Shown here: one piece after another, positions 8,544-17,518 of the stretch
Layout of the letters: each line of letters starts with the position of its first letter
Position numbering within the stretch: position 1 is the stretch's first letter
Assembly (NCBI GenBank): GCA_965249545.1
Contig: CBDFMH010000005.1
Span: 1,223,116-1,287,115, forward strand
From: Pirellulales bacterium
Lineage (GTDB): Bacteria > Planctomycetota > Planctomycetia > Pirellulales > UBA1268
DNA: 64,000 nt
Direction: 5' to 3'
Program-made: the position numbers and the translations under genes
The notes under the pieces: generated by a model
Seen by the model: the letters and a program-made list of their open reading frames with translations, nothing else
The model's database searches: none
Told to the model about the DNA's origin: nothing

Positions 8544-10959
8544 CGAGGGAACGGTCTATCGAAGAATGACCTCCTCGACTCGAGATATTGTACATATCAT
8601 TGATGATTCGTAAGGTACTGTTTGTCAGAAGAATACCGTGGATTCGAATACTTTCACCGAGAGCCTCAACCGCCATTTCACGAACGTTTTTGCCTAAATC
8701 TGGTGCCCATGCCAAATCAAAAAGTGATTGTTGGGCATCTGGGCTGGGCATGTTTGTCAGCAATCGCATGGCCGGCTCAAATGTTTCAGCATGTTTGAGG
8801 CCATTCTGGGCAACGGAAAAAGCCTCCCGGATATCCCACCCGAGGGCGCTCAGCTGAGCGAGTGTATCAAGTGCTGTATGAGCGCGCTGAAGACGATGGC
8901 TGGCCTGTATTTGTCGCCAGTTTTGATCAGTTGCCTGAGGTCCAGCGATACGAGTGAGTGTCTCTGGGAATCGAGGTGGCTTGATGACTTCGCGTGCCGT
9001 TCCTGGCTGATAGACAGTAGGAAAGAACTGACTGTCGAGCCTGTCTGTTAACAGGGCGTTATCAAAATCAGTAAGACTCAGCACGAGTCTCGTGCGTCGA
9101 CGGCACGCTTTCTCATCATCAAGAGGATCAAGTACTACAAGTACCGGTAAATGTTCACCAAGTGATTCTTGTTGTAACAATTGGACAACTTCAGAAGCAC
9201 CTAGGTCCGGTAGGCGAGCAGAGAGGATAACCAGACGGACATCAGGTGATTGTCGAACCCCTTGAACGCATAAACGGCCACTTGAAGTAATTGATGCTTT
9301 GAAGCCAAATTGAGCGACACTGCTTTTGAGAAACTCAGCAGTGTCACGATTTGGATATGCAATGAGGACTCGGTCTGTGCCACTTGAGGATGCAAAATAG
9401 ACCAATCGATCAAAGAGTCGGCTCGATCCTGTAAAGGGAAGGTGTGGCGAAACGGTAGCCAGTGTCTGTGAAGCCTCGAATTGAACGAGTGCCGAAGGGG
9501 CGGCCAACGCTCGTACAAGAGGTGGCCGAATTGTAGAGATAGTCGCCGGTTTTAATGTGGATACTTCACGTATTGCTCTCGCTGCAACTGCAGCAGCCAG
9601 TGGCATAGACCGGTCGAGAGCATCATCAAGGACTTCTGCTGCTAATTCGGTTGAAAATCCAGTCGGTCCGCTTAACGTTTCAATGATCGCTTCAGTCGGC
9701 AGCGCATTCAAGGCCGAAAAGTGGTCATCTTGAAAAATGAGCAAAGCTTCGGATTGCGCTAAAAGCACAAGGCGCACGGTGCGTGGATGCACACATCCAA
9801 GTCCGGAAAGATCTCGTGCAATATGTCCAGCACGAAGACTTCTGCAAGCGACGGGTGGCAGATAGCGAATCTCCGGCCGGCTCGTTTGCGTGACCCATAG
9901 ATACTGCTCCACCGTCGGTCGTGGGCTTGTGATCGATGCTGCACCCTCGGTAAGGCTGTCAGGAGTTGGAATGCCGATTGGCGTGAGAAGTTGATCAAGT
10001 TTTGTTGTCAGCATCTGGCAGGCAAGATCGTGGGTCAACGGTTTACCGCCAAAGTCAGTGTGGCCCCGTTCTTCAAGCTTGACTAAGAGCTGGAATGCTG
10101 CCTCTCGTGTTGCTGCAGCGAATTCTGGTGCACAAGCTGGTGCAAAGAGAACGCTTGCCAAATCTAAATTTGCAACTGCATCAGGATTCGTTTGTTTGCC
10201 CGCCGGCAAACATCCAGAATCAACAAGAATGTTAAGAGCGTAAATGATTCCCGGGAACCGTTGAAAATCATCAGAGCCAAGCCAAGCGGTGAGTGCCCGA
10301 ATACCTCGTTCTCCGGAGTCTTCAATAATTGTTTCAGCAAGCGTTCTCGTCCGAAAATCTGCCTCGGATAAAGGCGTTTCATTCAGGGCAGGAACTGTTT
10401 TCATAAGAATTTCAACGAGCATTGGAAGCGCATACGTTCCGCCCTCTATGAGCGTAGTAGCAGCTTGTTGCCGCGCGAAAACATTGTCAGAACCCAAATC
10501 AACAGCGGCTTGTTTCAGCCTCGAAGTATCTGTTCTTTTTCTCTGAGCAGCGTTTTGCAGTCCATCAATGAGGAACGCTACTGCTTGTACCTGTTCGGGC
10601 TGAGCCGTTTTCTTTAAAAATCTCTCGAGACGACTCAGTTCAGCAGTCTGGAAAGACTCACCAAGGTGCGCAAGAGTTTCTTCCTTGTCAGGCTCTTTTT
10701 TCAAGGCTTCATCGAATTTCTCAAGAAACTCTGAGGTGGGATCAAGGGCCTCCACAGAGGCAGCACGTATAGCGGCATCAAGCAGTTCCTGTGGTGTTGT
10801 CCGTTCCGGAAATTTCAGGGAGTCAACAACAGCTCTCTGAAAAGGGTCAAGTGGATCAGGATGCTTTGTATCCTCAGTCGTCTCCGTAAAAGCTGGGGCC
10901 GACAGCACCACAACAATCGCAAGAGCCAACCACCAAGTGAGCCAACCATGTCTAGCCAC
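8485..10959 (-). CDS. large N-terminally anchored or secreted helical-repeat protein with an internal degenerate receiver (REC-like) domain
   Basis: I chose the GTG at 10959. It is preceded by AAAGGA with a 6-nt spacer and lies 26 nt after the argH stop. The track's TTG at 11043 would overlap argH. The N-terminus 'ARHGWLTWWLALAIVVVLSAPAF' is hydrophobic. Residues ~557-670 (track numbering; nt ~9034-9375) read 'RVLIAYPNRDTAEFL...PDVRLVILSARLPDLGASEVV...LPVLVVLD'. This has REC topology but YP replaces the acidic pair and Ser replaces the phospho-Asp. Confidence 0.75.
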   Translation of the reverse strand: MARHGWLTWWLALAIVVVLSAPAFTETTEDTKHPDPLDPFQRAVVDSLKFPERTTPQELLDAAIRAASVEALDPTSEFLEKFDEALKKEPDKEETLAHLGESFQTAELSRLERFLKKTAQPEQVQAVAFLIDGLQNAAQRKRTDTSRLKQAAVDLGSDNVFARQQAATTLIEGGTYALPMLVEILMKTVPALNETPLSEADFRTRTLAETIIEDSGERGIRALTAWLGSDDFQRFPGIIYALNILVDSGCLPAGKQTNPDAVANLDLASVLFAPACAPEFAAATREAAFQLLVKLEERGHTDFGGKPLTHDLACQMLTTKLDQLLTPIGIPTPDSLTEGAASITSPRPTVEQYLWVTQTSRPEIRYLPPVACRSLRAGHIARDLSGLGCVHPRTVRLVLLAQSEALLIFQDDHFSALNALPTEAIIETLSGPTGFSTELAAEVLDDALDRSMPLAAAVAARAIREVSTLKPATISTIRPPLVRALAAPSALVQFEASQTLATVSPHLPFTGSSRLFDRLVYFASSSGTDRVLIAYPNRDTAEFLKSSVAQFGFKASITSSGRLCVQGVRQSPDVRLVILSARLPDLGASEVVQLLQQESLGEHLPVLVVLDPLDDEKACRRRTRLVLSLTDFDNALLTDRLDSQFFPTVYQPGTAREVIKPPRFPETLTRIAGPQATDQNWRQIQASHRLQRAHTALDTLAQLSALGWDIREAFSVAQNGLKHAETFEPAMRLLTNMPSPDAQQSLFDLAWAPDLGKNVREMAVEALGESIRIHGILLTNSTLRIINDMYNISSRGGHSSIDRSLVALFQPPRQSAAADAQETN

Positions 10960-10985
10960 GAGCCGTCCTTTTACTGCGTACGAAC

Positions 10986-12386
10986 TTACTTCGTGGCAGT
11001 CTCTAATTTCTGACGCCACGCAGCAAGTTGTTCGGCAACACAAGCCGGAGCGGTCGAGCCAAAACTCACCATCCGTTCAACTACCCGTGAGGACCCCAAA
11101 GCCTGGCGTAGAGTGGCCTTCCAACCGTCATATTCTGCGCGACAGGCATCATCAGTAAGTTCAGCCAGGCTGCACCCTTTTGTCAGGGCAAGTCGTACGA
11201 GTTTGCCAACGGTTTCGTGTGCGGTGCGCTGCGGCACACCTTCAACAATGAGTGCCTCCATGAGTGTTGTCGCATCGAGATGTCCTTTTTCAATTGATTC
11301 ACCAATCCGCTTTCGATCAAAATGTGTGTCAGCTACAAGTGGGGCGGCAACACCAAGCATCGCCTCGAGCGTATCGATTGAATCGAAGACAGCCTCCTTG
11401 TCCTCCTGCAGGTCTCGGTTATACGCAGTCGGGAGTCCTTTGAGTAACACAAGAATTTGCTGCACGTTACTAATAACTCGTGCCGACTTTCCACGTACCA
11501 GTTCAAGTACGTCGGGGTTAATCTTTTGAGGCATGATAGAACTGCCAGTGCAGAATGCCTCTGGTAGATTGAGAAAGCCAAACTCATCAGTACTGTAGAT
11601 GATCCACTCCTCAGCCCACTGGGAGAGATGCACGGCGGTTAGCGAGAGAATAAACGCAAGTTCACAGACAAAGTCTCGATCGCTTGCAGCATCAAGGCTG
11701 TTTGGAGCAATAGCATCAAACCCGAGCGCGGCCTGTGTCTTTGACCGATCAATCGGTAGGCTTGTACCAGCAAGAGCCGCTGAACCTAACGGCATGATGT
11801 TTGTTCGTTGTCGACAATCAGCAAGCCGTTGTCGATCGCGATCGAATTTTTCGCACCATACCAATAGCTGATGGGCTGCAAGAACAGGCTGCGCACGTCG
11901 AAGGTGTGTATACGCGGGTATGACGAGATCGCGTTCTCGGTCACCCATCTCAAGAAAAGCTTTTTGCAACTCAAGGATACCGGCATCTATGCGATCAATT
12001 GCACGTCGGCAAAAGAGACGAAGGTCTGTAGCGACCTGATCATTCCGACTTCGTGCTGTGTGAAGTTTCCGGCCAGTATCCCCAAGTTTTTCCGTAAGTG
12101 CAGATTCGATATGAAGGTGAATGTCTTCTTTAGTGGCAGTGAAATGAAATGTTCCTTCACGGATGTCTTTTCGAATTTCTTCAAGACCTTCTCGTATAGC
12201 ATCGGCTTCAGCCTGTGTGAGTAATCCGCACTCAGCAAGCATTTGTGAGTGGGCGATCGATCCGTCAATGTCGTCGTCAGCCAACCGTTGGTCGAAAGAA
12301 ATGCTCTCCGAGAAGGATTCAACTCGTTGGTCTGTTGGTACACGGAAGACACCACCCCAGGCTTTTCCGTCTGATTTTTCACTCAT
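10986..12386 (-). CDS. argH: argininosuccinate lyase
   Basis: Full-length match in character to ArgH: 'WGGVF', 'DIDGSIAHSQML', 'TGRKLHTARSRNDQVATDLRL', 'GSSIMPQKINPD'. Confidence 0.95.
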   Translation of the reverse strand: MSEKSDGKAWGGVFRVPTDQRVESFSESISFDQRLADDDIDGSIAHSQMLAECGLLTQAEADAIREGLEEIRKDIREGTFHFTATKEDIHLHIESALTEKLGDTGRKLHTARSRNDQVATDLRLFCRRAIDRIDAGILELQKAFLEMGDRERDLVIPAYTHLRRAQPVLAAHQLLVWCEKFDRDRQRLADCRQRTNIMPLGSAALAGTSLPIDRSKTQAALGFDAIAPNSLDAASDRDFVCELAFILSLTAVHLSQWAEEWIIYSTDEFGFLNLPEAFCTGSSIMPQKINPDVLELVRGKSARVISNVQQILVLLKGLPTAYNRDLQEDKEAVFDSIDTLEAMLGVAAPLVADTHFDRKRIGESIEKGHLDATTLMEALIVEGVPQRTAHETVGKLVRLALTKGCSLAELTDDACRAEYDGWKATLRQALGSSRVVERMVSFGSTAPACVAEQLAAWRQKLETATK

Positions 12387-12514
12387 AATGATATCTGTTA
12401 GGTGCGTCGAGGATTTTCCGGGTTAATAAAAGACCAATGTATCTGCAAAACAGGAAAGAGTAGTCTACCAACCGTTCTCATCAGGCGTTTCTACTTTCCG
12501 TGTAGATTGTTCGT

Positions 12515-14638
12515 ATGGATTCACCTTCGTCTTTTTTATCGCCGAACGGCCGACTTGCGGCTCGCATTCCGGGCTGGGAACCCCGTCCCCAGCAGATTGT
12601 TATGGCTGACCTCGTTGCAGCAGCAATTGACCAAAAAAAACATGCAATTATCGAGGCTGGGACTGGAACTGGAAAAAGCCTTGCCTACCTCATACCCGCT
12701 GTGCTGGCCGCCACAGCTGATCAAGCGTCTCAAGAAGAGAACCATCCGGAGCAACAGCAGCAAACTGAACATGAGGATCAAAAACCAGAAAAGACAAATG
12801 AGAAGCGGCCTCGTCGGATTGTCATCGCGACTCATACGATTGCATTACAAGAACAATTGGTGAAGAAAGACATTCCGGTGGTATCGGCTGTCATGCCACA
12901 TGAATTTTCTGCCGTGCTGGTCAAAGGGCGTGGGAATTATATCAGTCTTCGTCGACTGGCACTTGCGAAGGAGCGAGAGGGAAGTCTGTTTCAATATGAT
13001 GAAGAAGTCTCGGAACTGGAAGGACTTCTTGAGTGGTCAGGAAATACACGTGATGGTTCCCTAGCAGACCTGCCAACAATTCCGCGCAGTTCAGTGTGGG
13101 ATGAAGTTCATAGCGACTCAGGGAACTGCATGGGCCGTGCCTGCCCCCGGTATAACGAGTGTCATTATTTTGCGGCTCGAAGGCGCATGAATAATGCGCA
13201 GGTCCTTGTTGTAAATCATGCCCTTTTCTTCTCAGATCTTGCGTTGCGTCGAAATGGAGTAAGCCTTCTCCCTGAGTATGACATTGTCATTTTAGATGAA
13301 GCGCACATGGTCGAGTCGGTCGCAAGTGATCACCTCGGTGTTGGGCTGTCGAGTATTGCGGTTGAGCGGCTCCTGTCACGTCTTTACAACGAGCGGACAA
13401 ATCGTGGTTTGCTCGTGCACTATAAACTTGATGATCTGCGTCCAGACGTTATTCAGGCTCGTCGTATCTCGGAGGATTTTTTTTCCGGGGTAATTCACGC
13501 TGTGGCGGATCGCGGTGATGGGCCTTGGCGAATCTCAGAACCCAATCTTGTTCCTAATTCGTTAGGAGATGCTCTTCTGTCATTAGGGCGGAAGATAAGA
13601 AAAGCATCGAATCGGCTTTCAAAGGATGCCGAAAGACAGGACTTTCAGTCACTCGCAGATCGGCTGACATCACAAGCTGGGTCCATCCGTTTTTGGCTGG
13701 AGCAGGATGATCCCGGAAGTGTCTGGTGGGTTGAACTAGCAAGTAGTCGCCGTGGTGCACCACGCGTAAAACTCGCAAGTGCACCGATTGATGTAAGTGG
13801 TGTTTTGCGGCGAGATCTCTTCGGCAAAGTAGACACAGTGGTGCTTACCAGCGCAACGCTTTCAACAGGAACTCAAAGCGAGGTGGCAGACGAGACTTTT
13901 GATGAAAACTACGAACATGATGCCAAACAGACAGGTTTTCATTATTTGTCTCAAAGGCTTGGCGTCGAATCAGCAATCAAGCGTCAGTTGGACAGCCCAT
14001 TTAATTATGAATCACAAGCAGAACTTGTTCTTGTGAACCGGCTGCCGGACCCAAGCAGTAGAAGCCAGTACGATCGTGCAGTTGCAGAAATGCTTCGTTC
14101 CTTTGTGGTTGATCAGCAGGGCAGAACGATGGTGCTTTTTACAAGTCACCAAGCACTTTCCAGAGCATCAAGTGAACTCACTGGATTTTGTATTCGCAAC
14201 AAGATTCGACTTGTAAGCCAGGCTGATGGACTTTCTCGAGGGCAGATGCTTGAAGAATTTCGTAATAGCCCACAGGCAGTACTCCTCGGTACAGATGGCT
14301 TCTGGCAGGGTATTGATCTTCCCGGTGACCTGCTCACTCAGGTGATTATTCCACGCCTCCCTTTTGCCGTGCCCGATCGCCCACTTATTGCTGCCCGTAT
14401 CGAAGCTATCAAACAAGCAGGTGGGAATGCCTTTGCAGAATACCAATTGCCTGAGGCAGTGATTAAACTCAAGCAGGGGTTTGGCCGATTGATCCGAACG
14501 CGAGAGGATACAGGGCGAGTAATTATTCTTGACCCTCGAATGATTACCAAGCCGTATGGGAAAATTTTTCACAAGAGTTTGCCACCTGCTCGGCTTCGTA
14601 TTCAATCATTAAACGACTCGTTGGAAGTTCCCTATTAG
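12515..14638 (+). CDS. dinG: ATP-dependent DinG/XPD-family DNA helicase
   Basis: Walker A 'AGTGTGKSLAYL', DEAH box 'ILDEAHMVE', Cys-rich Fe-S region 'GNCMGRACPRYNECHYF', and C-terminal helicase motifs ('GTDGFWQGIDLPG', 'QGFGRLIR'). Confidence 0.88.
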   Translation: MDSPSSFLSPNGRLAARIPGWEPRPQQIVMADLVAAAIDQKKHAIIEAGTGTGKSLAYLIPAVLAATADQASQEENHPEQQQQTEHEDQKPEKTNEKRPRRIVIATHTIALQEQLVKKDIPVVSAVMPHEFSAVLVKGRGNYISLRRLALAKEREGSLFQYDEEVSELEGLLEWSGNTRDGSLADLPTIPRSSVWDEVHSDSGNCMGRACPRYNECHYFAARRRMNNAQVLVVNHALFFSDLALRRNGVSLLPEYDIVILDEAHMVESVASDHLGVGLSSIAVERLLSRLYNERTNRGLLVHYKLDDLRPDVIQARRISEDFFSGVIHAVADRGDGPWRISEPNLVPNSLGDALLSLGRKIRKASNRLSKDAERQDFQSLADRLTSQAGSIRFWLEQDDPGSVWWVELASSRRGAPRVKLASAPIDVSGVLRRDLFGKVDTVVLTSATLSTGTQSEVADETFDENYEHDAKQTGFHYLSQRLGVESAIKRQLDSPFNYESQAELVLVNRLPDPSSRSQYDRAVAEMLRSFVVDQQGRTMVLFTSHQALSRASSELTGFCIRNKIRLVSQADGLSRGQMLEEFRNSPQAVLLGTDGFWQGIDLPGDLLTQVIIPRLPFAVPDRPLIAARIEAIKQAGGNAFAEYQLPEAVIKLKQGFGRLIRTREDTGRVIILDPRMITKPYGKIFHKSLPPARLRIQSLNDSLEVPY

Positions 14639-14716
14639 ACGATTGCACCAAACGAGTGGGCTGCGTAGATTCCAGCCGCTGCATTTTATTGTTAAAAAAT
14701 GTTTTGTAAGTTTTAT

Positions 14717-15373
14717 CTAGCGGGTAAGTAGCAATTCGGCCCAGGTTGTTGGATCACTCTCCCAGGGAAATTCGGGTGTCCCAAAGGCAGGTATCTTTCC
14801 GAGCCGTCGGTCAACGGTTGCAGCAAAAAATCGCAGTCGTGGGCTCTCCTCAGGATCCCATCCTGGAAGCGCAGCCGCAGTAAGGAACGCTTCTACTTGC
14901 CAGCCTGTTTCAGATAGAGCAGATTCAATGAAAACCGAATTGGGAGGCAAGTCTGAGGCCTCTTCACTCGTCCGGGGGATTTGTGCAGCAACAGCCACTG
15001 GTTTGTCAGCAGATTTTCCACCACCAGTTGGAAGGAGAGCCAGTCGTCGGCAGAAACGACCGGCACGGTGGCTTTCGCCTGTAGGTCGAGTTGCAATCCA
15101 GAGATGAAGCCCGTCACTATCCTCGGGTTTTGCTGGCTGACACCAGCGGTTCCCCGAAAGTCCTTCAACGTGTGCCCGAACGCCTAGTCCTGCTTCGTTC
15201 CAGCCTATGGCAATTTCGAGAATATCCGGCACACCCGCTATGCCTGCTAGCCGGGGTAGGTGGCACGACGTGTCGAGATGGCTTTCCGCCGGAGGCCAGA
15301 GGCGGTCCCTCCAAAGACAGGGAAATCGGAGATTAAATACGCTAGTGGGGTTTACAAGTGGCATATAGAACAC
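14717..15373 (-). CDS. hypothetical protein (possibly a DOMON/CBM9-like beta-sandwich)
   Basis: 218-aa ORF with no better competing frame. The fold guess comes only from composition and 'WQVEAFL...LRFFAATVD'-type strands. The start is uncertain. Confidence 0.45.
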   Translation of the reverse strand: MFYMPLVNPTSVFNLRFPCLWRDRLWPPAESHLDTSCHLPRLAGIAGVPDILEIAIGWNEAGLGVRAHVEGLSGNRWCQPAKPEDSDGLHLWIATRPTGESHRAGRFCRRLALLPTGGGKSADKPVAVAAQIPRTSEEASDLPPNSVFIESALSETGWQVEAFLTAAALPGWDPEESPRLRFFAATVDRRLGKIPAFGTPEFPWESDPTTWAELLLTR

Positions 15374-15473
15374 CTTCCGAGGAAGTCATCTCCAAGGCTG
15401 GAGGGTATGCTACACAGTAGCGTGTTTCGTTCGTGATCGGTAGGAGAAAGTGTCTGAGGAGAATACTGTCGGG

Positions 15474-16964
15474 ATGCGGGTACTGCAGATTTCCAGCGAG
15501 GCAACACCGTTTGCCAAGACCGGGGGGCTTGCCGATGTCGCCGGTGCGCTTCCAGACTCACTCGGGCGCGGGGGCTGTGACTGCACGCTCGTTGTACCAG
15601 CCTATCGTGAGGTTTTCGAAAAAAATCTGCCAATCAAAAAAACGGACATGAAGTTTTCGGTTCCTGTTGGAAAGCGAAATCTTGAAGCAACTGTGTATTC
15701 ATGCTCCCTTCCAGATCAAAAACATAATGTTTTTCTTGTAGGGAATACGCATTGCTTCGATCGAGACACCCTGTATGGTGGTGCTGAAGACTATGCTGAT
15801 AATGCCGAACGGTTTATCTTCTTCTCGAGGGCCTCGCTAGAGTTGGCTGCTCGACAACCCCAAGCCTTCGATATCATTCATTGCCATGACTGGCAGACAA
15901 GTCTTGTCCCTGCCTACCAGAAGCTGCTGTACCAATCGTGGCCGACACTGTCAGAAGCTCGTTCCGTTCTTACAATTCACAACGTTGCCTATCAAGGAAT
16001 GTTTTGGCACTGGGATATGCTTCTGACAGGATTTCACTGGAAGTACTTCAACTGGCAGCAACTCGAGTTCTATGGCCAACTCAATATGCTGAAAGCCGGT
16101 ATTGTTTTCGCTGATCAATTAACAACAGTGAGTCCAACCTATGCTCAGGAAATTCAGGCTGATCCTGGTGGTTGTGGGCTCGAAGGCGTGCTCGCAGGGC
16201 GTGCTTCTGATTTAACTGGCATAGTCAACGGCATTGACCTTGAGACGTGGAACCCAAGAACAGATGAGTTGATTCCTCGGCATTACAGTGACAATGACGT
16301 CGAGCAGGGAAAGTATACGGCGAGAGTTGCACTTGCTGCTCGGCTTGGACATGCCGCTCCTGATGATCGACCATTGGTAGCATTTGTTGGTCGGCTTGCT
16401 GAGCAGAAGGGTGTAAGCCTTGTACTCGACCTTCTGCACAGTATGGCAGGATCAGGAAAAGTCAGATTTGTCATATTGGGTGCAGGTGATCCTTATTTGG
16501 AAGAATCACTCAGGGTTGTCGCCTCAAAGTATCCTGATGCTATTGATGTGGTAATCGGTTTTGACGAAGTACTCGCACATCTGATTCAGGCAGCTGCAGA
16601 TATTTTGCTCATGCCGAGTCAGTATGAACCATGTGGGTTAGCGCAGCTGTATGCGTTTCGCTATGGCACGATTCCAGTCGTTCGAGCGACTGGTGGTCTC
16701 GTGGATACGGTCGTTGATGTGAGCGATCAGACATGTGCAGATGGAACGGCTAGCGGCTTTGTCTTCGAGGATTTCGAATCCGCCTCCCTCGAAGACGCTG
16801 TTCAGCGTGCCCTCGCTGCCCACGGAAATAAGAAGCTTTGGCAGGACCTGGTATATCGCGTTATGCAGCAGGATTGGTCCTGGAAGGTGAGTGCTCAGCA
16901 GTATCAGGAAGTCTATGAACGAGCACTTGCGAACGCCCCTGTCGATGTTGTGGATGTGCGTTGA
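15474..16964 (+). CDS. glgA: glycogen (starch) synthase, ADP-glucose type
   Basis: Canonical N-terminus 'MRVLQISSEATPFAKTGGLADVAGALP', then 'HCHDWQT', 'TVSPTYAQEI' and 'PSQYEPCGLAQLYAFRYGTIPVVRATGGLVDTV'. I took the ATG at 15474. A GTG at 15450 is possible. Confidence 0.93.
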   Translation: MRVLQISSEATPFAKTGGLADVAGALPDSLGRGGCDCTLVVPAYREVFEKNLPIKKTDMKFSVPVGKRNLEATVYSCSLPDQKHNVFLVGNTHCFDRDTLYGGAEDYADNAERFIFFSRASLELAARQPQAFDIIHCHDWQTSLVPAYQKLLYQSWPTLSEARSVLTIHNVAYQGMFWHWDMLLTGFHWKYFNWQQLEFYGQLNMLKAGIVFADQLTTVSPTYAQEIQADPGGCGLEGVLAGRASDLTGIVNGIDLETWNPRTDELIPRHYSDNDVEQGKYTARVALAARLGHAAPDDRPLVAFVGRLAEQKGVSLVLDLLHSMAGSGKVRFVILGAGDPYLEESLRVVASKYPDAIDVVIGFDEVLAHLIQAAADILLMPSQYEPCGLAQLYAFRYGTIPVVRATGGLVDTVVDVSDQTCADGTASGFVFEDFESASLEDAVQRALAAHGNKKLWQDLVYRVMQQDWSWKVSAQQYQEVYERALANAPVDVVDVR

Positions 16965-17089
16965 TTCACTGTATTTGCGTAGTTCGTAGAGCATGGGAAG
17001 CCCTGCGACTCTGGTGAATCCATAGAGTCGTTACCAGCAGAATTCTTTTCCCAAACAGCGTCACACGCTGTTGGTCGATACCACATTTT

Positions 17090-17485
17090 ATGAATTTATT
17101 TGCTCTACAACGGATCGTACTAGTTGCTGTTCTTTTTTGTTCAATAGGACAATTTGTTTGTTCTGCATCAGCTGGTGAGTGCCGGAAATGCAAAGGACCG
17201 TACGGCGGAAAGACGTCGCCCTGCGGTGATACCGGATGCGGTCCACGCTATTGGGGTGCGTTTTGCGATGAACCTTTTCATCCAGATCCTTGCAACTGTC
17301 GAAATGAATGGGCAGGTGGATGTTTTCAGTCACCCTCTCTCGATCTTCTCGCGCCGTGGCAGATGCCTCCAGGACAAGGGTTTTGGTCACCAAAGCAGTG
17401 TGGCTATACAACTGAGTGCGGCTGTCATACCTGTGGTCCGCGAGGGTGGTTGGATTGCTTGAAGCCGCGATACTGGCTTGACTGA
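17090..17485 (+). CDS. small secreted cysteine-rich protein
   Basis: Signal-peptide-like 'MNLFALQRIVLVAVLFCSIGQFVCSASA'. The ~100-residue mature part has 13 Cys and a repeated 'PRYW' motif ('CGPRYWG', 'LKPRYWLD'). I preferred it over the fully overlapping minus-strand ORF 17088-17507, which has no such features. Confidence 0.6.
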   Translation: MNLFALQRIVLVAVLFCSIGQFVCSASAGECRKCKGPYGGKTSPCGDTGCGPRYWGAFCDEPFHPDPCNCRNEWAGGCFQSPSLDLLAPWQMPPGQGFWSPKQCGYTTECGCHTCGPRGWLDCLKPRYWLD

Positions 17486-17518
17486 CGGCACTCTGCAATC
17501 GCATCAAAACAGAATCTG

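Noticed and set aside
17054-17072. 7-bp hairpin AACAGCG-tcaca-CGCTGTT after glgA. A weaker GGCTG/CAGCC hairpin lies at ~14663-14681, after dinG.
   Set aside because: The first has no adjacent U-tract, and the second has only a 5-bp stem. They are too weak to call as terminators.
17088-17507. 139-aa minus-strand ORF co-extensive with the Cys-rich small protein.
   Set aside because: It has no signal peptide, motif or plausible RBS. The plus frame is favoured, but strand choice remains unproven, as noted in the findings.
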